From Chiloscyllium plagiosum (lineage: Eukaryota): a stretch of DNA of 64,000 bases. The translations under genes were made by a program, and so were the position numbers. The first letter of the stretch is position 1, and each line of letters starts with the position of its first letter. Under the pieces are notes generated by a model. It was given only the letters and a program-made list of their open reading frames with translations. It ran no database searches and had not been told where the DNA came from. The DNA is taken from the NCBI RefSeq assembly GCF_004010195.1, contig NC_057751.1:9431611-9495610 (forward strand). The letters are read 5' to 3'. This document shows positions 1 to 13,036 of this stretch, one piece after another.

Positions 1-210
1 TTGATGGGCCGAAGGCCCATTCAGTTTCCAAACTGAAGGGATTCTATGACTAGTTCCGACTTCACTGTTCCTGACCACTCAATCACATTGCTAGGGAGCG
101 GAAGCTATGAAGTGCAAGTATTACACAGCTCAGATGCAATGAGTCATGTCACAAATCAGGAAGAATATTTCTCAGGACAGCTACACTTTGGTCCCACAAG
201 TTATACACAC

Positions 211-328
211 CCATGAATAGGCTGAATAGAAATAAAGTCCTCCTCATCGCTGTGAGATACAAAGCGTACACATGTGAATTTCTCAAAATCTTTGAAACCT
301 CGACTGATGGAGCTCCAAGTTTCCTCAT
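211..328 (-). CDS. Astacin-family (M12A) metalloendopeptidase, coding exon 5 (start of catalytic domain); gene continues beyond left edge
   Basis: AG at 330-329 and GT at 210-209. Translates (D)EETWSSISRGFKDFEKFTCVRFVSHSDEEDFISIQPIHG, matching the astacin 'F...TC(V/I)RF......D(F/Y)I.I' pattern. Phase fits the upstream exon. Confidence 0.9.
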
Positions 329-936
329 CTGAATAGAGAAAAAATATCTTAAATAAGGAAAATATCAATAGAAATACACTGGACACCACTTAAGACCTGA
401 TAAGAGATAAAGGAGAAAAGACACATTAATAATTTTAGGTAGTATGTGTCTCTGCTTGGCAAAAGCTGACTCACTTATTCTGACTTTTCAGTCTTACGTT
501 TTTCAGAACACTGTCACATGTTGAGTTTGCTAGACTTGCAAGACCTTCAGAACCAAAGACATAAGAGCAATGATACATTGAAGGCCCAGAAAGCCCATGG
601 CAAATTGCTCTGTAGAGTCCAGGGATCTGCAGACTAGGTTGGTTAGCCATGGTAAATGCGGGTTATAAATATAGAATTGGGGGGCTGAGTGCAGGTGAGA
701 TGCTCTTCAGAGTGTCAATGCAGACTCAATGGGCAGAATTGCTTCTTTCCACACTGAGGGGATTCTACAATCTACGATTCTCAGTCTGTTCCACCACTCA
801 ATACAATCATGAGTGAGGCTAAACCCCAACCTTTCTTTCGAATCTGCTCCCCAGACACTTTTACTTCCCCAGAGACAAATGATTATCTCAGCATTAAATA
901 TAATCAAACAATGGAGTAGATCATTTCACTGATTTA

Positions 937-1079
937 CAGCGGAGCCTCGATTATCCGAAGGACACTGGCGGGGAGTATTTCATTCGGATAATCGAATGCC
1001 GAATAACACAGTTTAGTCAAGCATCGGGACTTGCAATCTTGTTCGGATCATCGAATGTTGGATAATCGAGGTTCCTCTG
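937..1079. mobile_element. Tc1/mariner-pogo (Tigger-like) MITE
   Basis: TA on both sides (935-936, 1080-1081). 22-bp TIRs CAGCGGAGCCTCGATTATCCGA / CAGAGGAACCTCGATTATCCAA. Internal GGATAATCGA-type repeats. Confidence 0.85.
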
Positions 1080-1436
1080 TACAGCCATATGCCTGAGGAG
1101 GTTTCTCCTCACCTTAGTCTAAATGGTCAGTCCCTCATCCTGAGATTGTGCCCCATGCTCTTGTTTCATGAGCCAAGAGATACAATCTTTCAGGATCTAT
1201 TCCAGCAAGGTCCTCAGAATCTCATATTTTTCAATATAATCAACTCTCCTTCTTCTGACCCCCAGAGAATGTAAACTCAATTTAATCCTTCATCATCACA
1301 GGACAACCCCTCATTCTAGGAAACATACTGCCTCCTATGTAAGTATTCCTTCAAGATGGAGACCAGACACTATCTTGCAGATATGGTGCCACAAAGGACT
1401 GTGCAAATGCAGCACGCATTTTTATTCCTATTTTTA

Positions 1437-1663
1437 GCTGAAAATGTGATGCTGGAACAGCGCAGCAGGTCAGGCAGCATCCAGGGAACAGGAGAATTGA
1501 CGTTTCGGGCATAAGCCCTTCTTCAGGAATGAGGAAAGTGCTGAAGAAGGGCTTATGCCCGAAACATCGATTCTCCTGTTCCCTGGATGCTGCCTGACCT
1601 GCTGTTCCAGCAACACATTTTCAGCTCTGATCTCCAGCATCTGCAGACCTCACTTTCTCCTCC
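1437..1663. mobile_element. Penelope-like (PLE) fold-back insertion, family A, with hammerhead motifs
   Basis: Inverted arms; exact 14-bp TSD TATTCCTATTTTTA (1423-1436, 1664-1677); CTGAAGA-AGGGC-TTAT-GCCC-GAAAC on both strands. Confidence 0.8.
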
Positions 1664-3288
1664 TATTCCTATTTTTACCTTTATACATTTTATTTTCTCC
1701 CCAATCCACTTGCAAGAAAGGTGAATGTGTTATTTATCTTCCTTATTCATTGTTGCATCAGCATGCCAAATTTATTTGCCTCGTATTTGTATACTGAAAT
1801 CCAATACCAACAATAATAGTAAACTTGATGTCTTTTAAAAATATTTTGCGGCTCTATACTGAGAACTAAAGTGAATGACCTCACTTTCCTTTACTATATT
1901 CATTTGCCAACTTGTTGCCCACTTACTCAAGCTGAGTATATGTCTTTGCTGCCTCTTTATGTCCACCAAGCTCCATATGTTCAGCAAACCATCCTATAAG
2001 TTACAAGTTCAAACACTCAAATTCATTTGGCAAAACATAACTTGCCTTCAGAAAAAACATGAACTGAATATGATGGTTCTCCAAGTGCAATGCTCAGATC
2101 TCTTCCGAAGGTTCTCGCGCTTTCCTATCAGATTAACTGGCCTGTGGTTCTCTGTTTTCTCTCTGTCTGCTGGATTTAATAGATCATTAGTGCATAAACC
2201 AAAATTTCCTGTCCATGCAACATGTGCATATTCAATGAAGAGCTTATCACTGGGAGAAAGATGTACGTACTGTGATGAGTAAACATCAGGTTGGACGCTA
2301 TCGAAGATCTTTAGACATGACTGTTTCATTGACAAATTAAAAGCTTATTCATAGTCAATTAATCTCTGTCAATTTTCACATTCCAGACCATTATCCCATG
2401 AGTCAAAGAAAGTGCAAGGGTGTGGAGACAAGACAAGGGTGTGTTTACAACAATCTGTCATCCAACAAAATTCAATGTTGAAGCTTCCTGCAAAAGTCCC
2501 AGTTGATCTGTTTGAACATTGTCAGCAGGGCAATCTCAGCTACCATGTCTTCTTGATGTTTAGTGAGCCATTTCAACCTAGAACATGGAGTATGGTGTTA
2601 CAAGAGTTACTGCTACAAAGAGAATTAAATCGGGTGAATTTCTTTTTTCGATTGGTCTGTGGAGTGTGGATGCTGCACAAGAACAGAACTCAGACTCAAC
2701 TGTGATCCTTCCAAAAACTGACCATTATTTCAACAACTCACAGGCTCAGCAAAATAGAAATCCACAAAATTCAAGATTTGAAAGGAGGTATTCAGAGCAA
2801 ATGACTGAAGGTGCAGCATGTGACAGCAGAGACAGAAAGATCTCTTCTGTCAATAATCTGAAAAATGAATGGCTACGGAGCACACATACATGTTGACAGA
2901 AATGAAAGAGGTCAGAACCATGTGGCAAGTGGGAGAAAAATTGAGAAGAGTTACTTACGAAGCACTAGAAAATGTACAAAGGTGAGAGTAACTGGGACTC
3001 TCATATACCACCAGCATCAGCATTCTGTTCAGATGGGTACTGATGAACTGAGAGAGGAGGAATTCTTGGTTTCTGGCCTCAGTCAATCTTGGTAAGTCCA
3101 TTGAGGTGTGCAACCAGGGGATCTGGAAGACCAGCTGCTGGATCTCCCCATAAGAATGATTCATACCGCCAACATGTGCAATCAGCCACAACCCAAGCTG
3201 AACTGTTCTGAGCAATACCACAGCTTTTCCAATTTGTTTTTTTTGTGAAGACCATGATTTCTAAGCCATGTTTTCATGCAGTACTTAC

Positions 3289-3382
3289 CATACTGTTGCG
3301 ATATTTCATATGGAATTCTCACCATCCCATCTACGGATTTCTGCCATGTCCTGGTGTCAGACACCACAGCATTCCTCCAGAG
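3289..3382 (-). CDS. Astacin-family metalloendopeptidase, coding exon 4 (activation site and mature N-terminus)
   Basis: ttcaatcag|...G|gtaagt. LWRNAVVSDTRTWQKSVDGMVRIPYEISQQY contains the R-NA maturation site and the W....G.V.IPY motif typical of astacins and hatching enzymes. Confidence 0.9.
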
Positions 3383-3758
3383 CTGATTGAAGGGGGAAAG
3401 AAGACAGTTAAGTTCCATTCACATAGCCTCCCACAGATGGGATACACATGCAACATAAGGACCAGAGATTTAAATTTTAAAACTAATATGCCTCTCGATC
3501 AAAATATTGCAAAATCCAAAGAATCATTGTGATTGCATTTGTCTGGTCAACAGTAAAATGGAATGAAACAATCAAACTTAAAGATGTGAAAAACAAACAT
3601 CATGTTGCATCAAACAGTAAGACATTTTCTATTGGCAGAATGACAAAATATGATCAGCATCAACAGAGTACATAATGCACCCTCTCTTAGCTCGAGGGGA
3701 CCACGGATCATCCCACATTCACCACTAAAAAGATAAAATAAAAATGAAAGGAACTTAC

Positions 3759-3820
3759 AGGTTTGACGATGTCACCTTCAATGAGGAAGTTCCTCCATGG
3801 TTTTTCATATCGAAATATTC
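3759..3820 (-). CDS. Astacin-family metalloendopeptidase, coding exon 3 (propeptide)
   Basis: ttatag|...CCT|gtaagt. (R)IFRYEKPWRNFLIEGDIVKP contains the astacin propeptide EGDI motif. 62 bp, phase 1->0. Confidence 0.88.
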
Positions 3821-4191
3821 CTATAAGCAGGAGAACAAATGTTCATTGCTTGATCCATTAGTCCAAGGTGGTGTATCAAACAGCAGGTATGCAGAGAATA
3901 ACTTCACTACCAACAAAGCAATTTACAAAACAGCAATGCACTGAAACATTTGGATCAAGGATTCAGTTTGATTTGTTGCAAAAGACTATATTTGGGGAGT
4001 GGACAAATTTCTGAACAGCAGTTCCATTGTTGGAGAAGTTTTGTAGTGGCGGTTGGAAAGAACAATTGATCTCTGGATTTCATGTGGTTAAAGAAGTCAA
4101 TTATTCGATGGAGGGAAGACCGCAGTCCTACAGCAGTTGCCAGGCCATTGCGAAAGGATAGTTTAATCCGAATGAAACAGAGTGAACTTAC

Positions 4192-4299
4192 GCTGGTTAA
4201 TCCTGACAATTGCATCCTCTGCTCTAAGGATCCTCTTGGTTTGAATGGTATCCAGAAGAAAGCTGTTATTTTGCTTCTTAACCTCGCTCTGTCTGACTG
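4192..4299 (-). CDS. Astacin-family metalloendopeptidase, coding exon 2 (propeptide)
   Basis: Donor C|gtaagt at 4191. Acceptor actgcag| at 4300 (CAGCAG tandem acceptor) with a CTAAT branch-like motif near 4340. (A)VRQSEVKKQNNSFLLDTIQTKRILRAEDAIVRINQ is in phase with both neighbours. Acceptor choice is less certain than the donor. Confidence 0.7.
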
Positions 4300-4385
4300 C
4301 TGCAGTATTTACAGAGACAGTTGTTACAACAGAGAGATTAGAATATTTTGCTCAGAGGAGAAAGTGAAAAGAAAACTGCCACTAC

Positions 4386-4446
4386 CTTTCAGTACAACAG
4401 CCAAGGTGAGAAACAGGAATTGCCACTCTCTGCTCCTTAAACTCAT
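4386..4446 (-). CDS. Astacin-family metalloendopeptidase, probable first coding exon (signal peptide)
   Basis: ATG at 4446 gives MSLRSREWQFLFLTLAVVLK (basic N-region, then hydrophobic core). Donor AAAG|gtagtg gives an 86-nt intron in the correct phase. An upstream acceptor tttctag| at 4492 implies non-coding exons further 5'. Confidence 0.6.
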
Positions 4447-6239
4447 GACTCAGCAGAAATATCAAAAACTGGTGTTCAGCATCAACAGCTCCTAGAAACA
4501 TCAGGAGGCAGTGAAAAATAAACAAGCAAAGGAACCAAAGCATGTTTGTATTCTGCAACACTTCTGAACAGTTGGATCAATCTGACAAATGCAAGTAGAT
4601 ATTTTATCGAAAATTTTTCCACTTGTGAACTGTGGACTGATGCAGCATCTATGTTAGAACTTGCTCAGACGTCAATTTGTTCAAGATGGCTGGGACTCCA
4701 GCATCTTGCTGAGTTGCACGGAAAAAGAAAATCTGTTTCGATTTCTTTTTTCTGCACAGACTTACAGACAAATCAATTACACGTACCACTTTTATTCGTC
4801 TTTGGCTCAGCATCTGCATACCCCTTCTCTGAGACTTTCCTCCCTCACTTCATGGTAAATAGAACCCAATGTGGTCAGAGCAGAATAATTAATAAACCAT
4901 GTGCACACAGCTAGCTTGCAGCACTGAGTTACAGAAAGTAAGAGGAAAGCTATTATTTGGGAAGAGGCGGAGGCAGAGAAAACCAAAGAGCAAGAACCCT
5001 AATCTGAAATATGTGCTGAATGCACAATGTTTTGGTAAGTGATTGTGTTGTATCTCTGTGTTGACCCAAACTGTTGAAAGCATTTTAAAAATGAGAAGGC
5101 ACTTTATTTTGACATTGAAAAGAGCAAACAACAGCAGAACTGCTTGCTGGCAGCAGAGCCTGGTTACCAATATATTTTGGAACTGCACAGATAGCAGCTT
5201 CTAAATTCTCAAACATTAAACAATGAAACTCAAGTTGAGCCCAAAGGACTGGAGGTGAAATCTGTCCATTGACTTCAAAAATCTCAACTGGAATGTGTCA
5301 CTCCAGTTCTCAAAGATCTCCACTGATCCCCAGCATGGCTCAATTTTAATACTGTTGTTCTTGTTGTCAAATTCTTCATGGCCGCTTCCTTGTCTCTGTA
5401 ACCACATTCAGTCCTACCATCCGACAAAATCTCTGCATGCCTCCAATGTTTGCATCTCACTCCAGCCCCCTATATATCATTTGCTCATTTGTGTTCAGCT
5501 GCCGAGACACTACACTCTGGAAATCGCCCTTCCTGAACCTCTGGCTCCTCCTTTAAAGATGATTCTTGAGACTGTAGAGATCAGTCTTTTTGCCTTTTGC
5601 TCTAATGCCTCTTATGAAGCACTTACGTGACTTCTTTGTAGAACATTTTTAATGAAGCTAAACTTTTTCAAGTCACTTGCCACTGCAAACATGAGGCAAT
5701 CATTGACACAAATTAGCATCCTCACCTCCCCTGTACAGGATAATGGTGTGGTTGGCTTTGTAAAATAACACAACACTCAAGTTGTGATCTGAGTCTATCC
5801 CTGTAGTTCAACACTTCTTTTGCTGACTCATGCCCGCAAGACCTGGTCTTCAATACCTCCTTTGCATCCCACTGCTTAGAACTGGACACACGATGTAATA
5901 TCAGTTGAGCATTCTTCAATTCTCCCAAGTCTTGCTCCAGTTGTATGATGGACCTTTAGCATCCACCTTGCTTTGATGATTGACCTGTGGTGATTTGACA
6001 TTTTAAAGTGCTGCATTCACTGACATCTCCAGATGTCAGAGTTCACTCTGTTATTTTTATGTCTTTCTTTTTAATGTGCATGTCTGTTATGCTCACTGTG
6101 CTATTGGTGCATCATTTTACATGCCTGTCCTTTAAAATGAATGGTTTCTATCAAATTTCTGTCATTAACCTGCAGTCATGTGAAAACTTTCTCTAAATCA
6201 TAAAGTCATTTGCCTTTGTTCCAATGATGAAGCATGTGC

Positions 6240-8350
6240 AAACAAGTATGATTTTCATCTCGGAAACTCCATGTCACTGACCGTGGGTTCTGCGGGTTAC
6301 TGTGTGCCCAGTGAGTGTGTCTTTGAGCTGCATCTCCAACCACAGATTGGCAACTGTATCCCAGAGGTGAAACTGATCCTTGGCATTGAGATCACATTGA
6401 GAAAAACCGTGGCCCTTCATATAGGAGTTTCCTCCAAGTTGGTTTCTTGTGATCAATGGTCTTCCATGCATTGATACATATGTGGCATTTGTTAAGTGAA
6501 GCCTTTAAGGAATCTTTGAAACACTTCTTTTATCTTCCCCTTGTTCAAATGCCTTCCTTGATCCGGGCAAAGAACATTTGCCACGGTAGTCAGAACTCAG
6601 GCATCCTAAACACTTTGCCGGCCCAGCGGAGTTGGGTTTGGATGATCATGGTTGCTGTTGTTAGATGCTTCAAGGATACTGATGTTAGTACACCTGAGCT
6701 CCTAGCTGTTACAGAGAATGCATCTCAAACAATGTTGATGGTACTTTTTAAGGGTCTGGAGGTGGCATATATATGTAGTCCAAGTTTTGGAGGCATAAAG
6801 ATCAGTCAGAAAGATGACTGCCTTATACTAAGGATCTTAGCATCAACATAGATGTCATGTTGGTCAAAGACTCTAATCTTTAAGCATCTGAAGGAGGTGC
6901 TCATAAATTGAATGCAATGTTGAATCTCTGCATCGATGTGTAATCTCTGCATCAATGTCAGCCTTAGCTGAGAGGTAGTTTCCAAACTAGGGATGCTTGG
7001 GTCAATTTCTCCTTTGATCTTAATAGATAGAGGACCAAAGCTTAACCTTGGATGGGCTGGAAAAGGAATTGACTCTTTTTGAGGTTGAGACTGAAACCAA
7101 ATCTTCAGACTGCTTCTGCTAAGGCATTAACTGAGACTTGAAGATTCTCTTCCAAGAGAGAAGAGATGACATTGCCAGCCACAAACTGAAGTTTGACAAA
7201 TCAGTTCAATGTCAGTTCTTCTTGGATTTCAACCGGTTAGGCTTGAAGTTTTCAGTCCATCCTCTAGCCCATGTCCACACAAATCAGAAAGTTGATGTTG
7301 ACAAAATGAAGAATGGTGACAATGAAGATGAAGAAAAGGGTTGGGGGGTGGGGGGGGGGGGGGGTGATGATCTCTGCTTGATCTCTATCTCAATCTCAAA
7401 GAGCTGTGTCATATTACCACCAGTGAGGACTATTATGGAAGAAATAGAGGATGTTGATGAATTTCATTGGACAGCCCACATTTCACAGGATCTTCCATCG
7501 CATTTACCAATTGACTGAGTCAACATCATTAGTCAGGTCGGTGAAGGTCATGAAAAGAGTGGTTGGTGTTGTTCCTAGCATTTCTCTTGGAGTTGCCGAG
7601 CAGTGATAATCATCTCCATAATACCATGATTTGGTTGGAAACCACACTGGTTTTCGGGAAGGATTTCCTTTAAGACTGAGATAAGGCACCAAGCAAGGAT
7701 TTGACTGATGACCTTCACACAATGTAGAGTAGGAAGATTCCTTGATTGTTCCGACAGTCCACTTTGTCTGACTTCTTGAAGACAATGGTGATGCTAGCAT
7801 TCCTGAAATTGGCAGGGATTTCTTCCTTGTCCCACGTTGTCAGCAACAGCTAATGCAGGTGACGGATAGGTTCAGCCCCTCCAAGTTTGAAACTTTCTGT
7901 TCGATTCCCGGCTGCTCCTGCCGCTCTTCCATTCCTCATGTGTCCAAGAGATGCTTCTACTTCTACCATATTAGGTGGGAGTCCAAAATGATTTTGGATG
8001 AGGAGTTGAGATACTTCCTTAAACACACCCTTCTTGATAATTGTTTAGGAATTCTTTGAAGTCCATTGGAGGCAATGTTCTCTGTGTCTCTCAAAAGGGT
8101 GTCATCCTAACTCTGCACCAATTTGAGAGCAAGGTTGTTGGATGTGTATCTGGCTTTGGAGGCAATGAAGAAACCCTGGGTGTCGAGCTTGCAGCTCCTT
8201 AGCTTTCTTAGTGGACCCTGACTTCTTGATTTTCCTTGTGTTTCTTTGTAACTCGGTTGTTTGATGAGTTCTTCTCTTTGCCTTGCTTGTGATAACATTT
8301 TGCCACACACAGAGAGCTTTGCTCTTCTTATCAATCATGAACATCACAAA
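6240..8350 (-). mobile_element. Decayed RTE-clade LINE fragment
   Basis: Minus-strand remnants such as 'FMTFTDLTNDVDSVN' (cf. AFIDLTKAFDTV) and 'LGNYLSAKADIDAEI'; many stops; boundaries approximate. Confidence 0.55.
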
Positions 8351-9099
8351 CCACTTGGAACTGCAGTTTGTGTCATTTTGATACTCTGGCACTGATTTTG
8401 CACATAGCAAATACTTAGAAGTGAGACAAATCAAGTTTGTTTTTGGCAACACAGCTTAATAAAGGATTATTAGCCACAATATCTGAAAAACTGCAGTTTT
8501 GTTTGAAATGGTAGACATTTCATATTGTTTAAAGTCAACAGCATAATAACAACAGCTTTTGCCAAGTCACGTTATTCTATTTCATCCTCTCAAATTCTAG
8601 TATCAGCTCAACACACAGCTTTCTAGTTGTATAGCTCGTGAATAAACACACACGACATCAATGCATTCCCTAAATATTCCATCAAGACAAGAAATACAAC
8701 TCACTGTGAAAATGCAAACAGCTTTTTCACACTCTAAGTTTGCTCGCTGAGCTGATAGATGTGTTGTCAGGCATTTCTTCACCATGCTTGGTAACATCAT
8801 CAGTGAGCCTCAGATAAACATTTCTCACATTTGGATATCCCTCCTTAAATGTTTCTTTGTAGATCACTCACATACTAAACCTATCAGATAAATAGCGTAT
8901 CTGCACTCTTCAGAAACCTAAAGAGAAACATCACGACAAGTAAACCTCATGACTGATGACCCTGAGTATTTGTTCAAATCCCAACAATGCAGCTAGGGTA
9001 TCCAAATTCAGTAATTCAAATAAAATTCACAATAAATAACTTGTATATGATCACATAAACCATGAATGGACCAGACTATTGTAAAAAGCAAATATTCAT

Positions 9100-9460
9100 T
9101 GATAATAGCAAGTTTTGAGAAGATTTGTAGCTCAGATTGAGGTTCTGGATGTAAGTTTGCTCGCTGAACTGGAAGTTTTGTTTTCGGACATTTCACCACC
9201 ATACTAGGAAACATCATCAGTGAGCCTCCGGTGAAGCAATGGTGGTATGTCATTTACAAAATACCTTGCAAGATCTGAGACAAACACTACATTGGACAAA
9301 CAGGCAGAAAACTAGCCACCAGGATACATGAACATCATCTCGCCACAAAATGACATGACCCACTCTCACTAGTATCTTTACAAACAAATGAGGAAGGACA
9401 CTGCTTCAACGAGGACAACACATCCATCCTAGGACAACCCAAACAGAGACATGTATGAGA
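9100..9460 (+). mobile_element. Penelope-like element fragment: GIY-YIG endonuclease remnant preceded by an inverted terminal repeat (second terminal copy at about 8720-8812)
   Basis: From 9249, VIYKIPCKI*DKHYIGQTGRKLATRIHEH is a GIY-YIG motif. Degenerate hammerhead motifs lie on the minus strand at 9187-9220 and 8770-8803. Confidence 0.85.
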
Positions 9461-9719
9461 AACTTGTTGCCATTGTTTCTATATGTGACTATAAGTGCAT
9501 GCAATTGTGGATAACTCTAATTGGCCTCCGACATGTCCAAGTAAGCAACTGAGTTAACAGTTCACACAAGCTCAAATGTTAATTCTATTTCTTCTTCCCC
9601 AGACCTTGCTAGATGTACTGAGTCTCTACAGCATTTTCTGTTTCTATTTCTGATTTCTAGTGTCTGCATTTATAGCTTTTGTGACAAAACATGTAGCTGT
9701 AGTCAAGAAGGTAGTTAAC

Positions 9720-10048
9720 ATATAAGATAACCAGAGGGTTAGATAGAATGGACAGTGAGAGCCTTTTTCCTCGGATGGTGATGGCGAGCATGAAGGGGCA
9801 TAACTTTAAATTGAGGGGTGATAGATGTAGGATAGGTAGTTTCTTTACTCAGAGAGTAGTAGAGGCGTGGAATGCACAGCCTGCAACAGTCATAGACTCG
9901 GCAACTTTAAGGGATTTAAATGGTTATTGGATAGGCATATGAACGAAAATGGAATAGTGTCGGTTAGATGGGCTTCAGATTGGTTCCACAGGTCGGCGCA
10001 ACATTGAGAGCCGAAGGGCCTGTACTGCACTGTAATGTTCTATGTTCA
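9720..10048 (+). mobile_element. CR1 LINE 3' fragment
   Basis: ORF2 C-terminus 'GHNFKLRG...FFTQRVVEAWN' and a TGTTCTATGTTC-type tail. Confidence 0.85.
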
Positions 10049-10320
10049 TCATCTTCGAAACTACAATTTGGATTGGCAATAAATTTTCGTCTTGTCAGCA
10101 ATGTCAGACCATAAGACGCAAAGGTAGGCCAAACAACACATTGTGTTTGCTCCGCCATTCAATGAGATCATGGATAACTTGAAAGTGCCTTGACTCCACT
10201 TTCCTTTTTCCCTATAACTCTTGATTCCCTTACTGATTAAAAGTCTATCTCCTCCTTGAATGTACTTAATGACCCAGTCTCAACGATGCTCTGCAGTAAA
10301 CAACTCGACAGATTTACTGC

Positions 10321-10762
10321 CATAGAGCCATAGAGATGTACAGCATGGAAACAGACCCTTCGGTCCAACCTGTCCATGCCGACCAGATATCCCAACCCAA
10401 TCTAGTCCCACCTGCCAGCACCCGGCCCATATCCCTCCAAACCCTTCCTATTCATATACACATCCAAATGTCTCTTAAATGTTGCAATTGTACCAGCCTC
10501 CACCACATCCTCTGGCAGCTCATTCCATACATGTACCACCCTCTGTGTGAAAAAGTTGCCCCTTAGGTCTCTTTTATATCTTTCCCCTCTCACCCTAAAC
10601 CTATGCCCTCTAGTTCTAGACTCCCTGATCCGAGGGAAAATACTTTGTCTATTTATCCTAGCCATGCCCCTCATAATTTTGTAAACCTCTATAAGGTCAC
10701 CCCTCAGCCTCCGACGCTCCAGGGAAAACAGCCCCAGCCTGTTCAGCCTCTCCCTATACCTC
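10321..10762 (-). mobile_element. Young CR1 LINE 3' fragment nested in an older CR1 (about 10105-10935)
   Basis: Uninterrupted YRERLNRLGLFSLERRRLRGDLIEVYKIMRG...FFTQRVVHVWNELP and a CTCTATG-type tail. Confidence 0.92.
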
Positions 10763-10937
10763 AATACCTTTCAAAAAATAAATTCCTCCTTATCTCCAGT
10801 TGAAATATGCAAACCCTTACTCCAACAAGTACAGGCCCAAACTACGCAATCTCTCCAAACCGAGAATCAACGTGGTAAAACTTATTTCAACTGCCTTTAA
10901 GCCTTTCCTTAGATAAGAGGCCCAAAACTGTTTACCT

Positions 10938-11237
10938 GGGCGGCACGGTGGCACAGTGGTTAGCACTGCTGCCTCACAGCGCCAGAGACCTGGGTTCAAT
11001 TCCCACCTCAGGCAACTGTCTGTGTGGAGTTTGCACATTCTCCCCGTGTCTGCGTGGGTTTCCTCCGGGTGCTCCGGTTTCCTCCCACAGTCCAAAAATG
11101 TGCAGGTCAGGTGAATTGGCCATAGTGTTAGGTGAAGGGGCAAATGTAGGGGAATGGGTCTGGTGGGTTACTCTTCAGATGGTCGGTGTGGACTTGTTGG
11201 GCCGAAGGGCTTGTTTCCACATTAAGTAATCTAATCA
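10938..11237 (+). mobile_element. HE1-type V-SINE (tRNA-derived)
   Basis: GGGCGGCACGGTGGCACAGTGG A-box and GGTTCAATTCC B-box; V-domain TGTGTGGAGTTTGCACATTCTCCCCGTG...CCGGTTTCCTCCCACA; CR1-like tail. Confidence 0.92.
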
Positions 11238-12706
11238 TATCGAGCAACAGTCTGGCTGATGCCGAGTATAGTTTTAGCCAAATCACCCCCTTTATACTCC
11301 TTTTACTTTGAAATAAAGCCCAACTTTCCGTTTGCCTTCCTTGTTTCCTATTGAAGTTCAACACTAGTTTTTTTCCAGTTAAGTCATATTCGACTTCTCT
11401 ATTTTTCCTACCAAAGTACAAAATCTTACATTTCCCTATCCAAAAATCACATCCCATGAATGAGAATTTAAAAAGAACAGAATCACAACTTTGGAACGTT
11501 GAAAACTACAGTCAGACATAGTCAGGTCTGCCATGTTACACCAATTAAATAGCTTTTCTACTTGAGATGAACTGAAAACTGACCAGATCAGGTGTGGCTA
11601 CTTCTGGTGAAGGGCCATTGGACTCGAAATGTTAACTCTGTTTTCTCTCCAAAGATGCTGGGAAACCTGTTCAGTTTCTCCAGCACTTTTTAGTTTGTTT
11701 TATATCTCCAATACCACTGTTTTTTGTTTTATTTATGCGGCTACTTAATGGCTGTGCTGTGAGATAAGCAAGATCAAAACTGAGAGCCCGAAGCCCCATT
11801 GCAACTTATAAAATTGGACAAAAAATCTGGCAATCACAAGAGCTCCTGAACTGTTACTTACCAATGTCCATCACAACAGGACCTGCCATTCCAAACGACC
11901 TGTCTTCCCAACAATGCCCCAAGCCCTCATCATCGACAATAAGTTGCTCTCCATGCCATAGACTGTTTTTTTCTCAAAACTAAAGTTGGTGTTCCTTCTT
12001 CCACGAAGCTCAATTCTGTAACATTCTTCCTTTCTGCATCATTGGTTCTCAAATATCAACTCAAGTGATTCATTACTATGACTTTCAGTTTCTTTCTCAA
12101 CGACAATTAGGAATGAGAAATACATGCTGGCCTTTCCTCAAACATTCTCATTCCATAACCAAATTAAAAATGCATGTCTTGCAATACCCAGAAAGTCGTC
12201 ATGTCCAAAACACAGAACACCTGTAACAGGATTATAAAATCAGAGAGATGAGGTCATTCAGCTCACATTTGAAACACAAGGCAAATCATCTCACCTCCAA
12301 CTGTTTCCCCACATCACTGGAGCTGTTTTTCTCCTTGAAATATTCTTCAGCCATCCTTCTACAAATGTGTACTTATTTTCGAAAGCTATTCTTGAATCTG
12401 TTTCCATTATCCTATTAGACATAATGAAGCTCCCTTCCATCTCCCACCAGTGACAACAATATTAAGAGGCCAGTCTTTGTACTTGTGCACACACCAACAC
12501 TAAACAAACACTTCACGGCTTCTGGGCATTGTTTCCATTCCTTGCCTTACTCCAGCCCAACAGAAATTGTGGAGCAATTACTCACCATTCTTCTTGTCTT
12601 TGAGTAAATAATAAACATTTTTCAGGGAAACTTTATCTGCGTGCTGTCCCTGCCTCTTGTTTGTCCATATTTCTCTCCATTTTGCCAACTTTTAACATTT
12701 TTCCAA

Positions 12707-13036
12707 GGGGTGGCACAGTGGCTCACTGGTTAGCACTGCTGCCTCACAGTGCCAGGGACCTGGGTACGATTCCAGCCTTGGGCAATTGTCTGTTTGGAGT
12801 TTGTACCTTCTCCCCGTGTCTGCATGGGTTTCCTCTGGGTGCTCCGGTTTCCTCCCACAATCCAAAGATATGCAGGTTAGGTGAATTGCCCATAATGTTC
12901 AGGGATGTGTTAGCTTAGGGCAAATGTAGACTAAAAGGGTAGGGGAATGGTTTTGGTGGGATACTCTTCGGAGGGTCAGTGTGAACTTGTTGGGCTGAAG
13001 GGCCTGTTTCCATTCAGTAGGGATTCTCTGATTCTG
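12707..13036 (+). mobile_element. HE1-type V-SINE
   Basis: Same architecture as 10938-11237, more diverged. Partial copies also at about 600-780 (+), 47738-47907 (-) and 49310-49563 (-). Confidence 0.9.

Noticed and set aside
2048..3221. Several 60-135 aa ORFs inside the astacin intron
   Set aside because: No recognisable homology apart from a decayed CR1 NYRPVSL-like motif; no consistent splice structure found.
4300..4350. Longer astacin exon 2 using the acceptor at 4351
   Set aside because: It needs a GAG acceptor and leaves a 35-nt intron after the signal-peptide exon; the 4300 acceptor fits better.
10938..11010. tRNA gene
   Set aside because: The A/B boxes belong to the head of an HE1-type SINE and continue into the V-domain.
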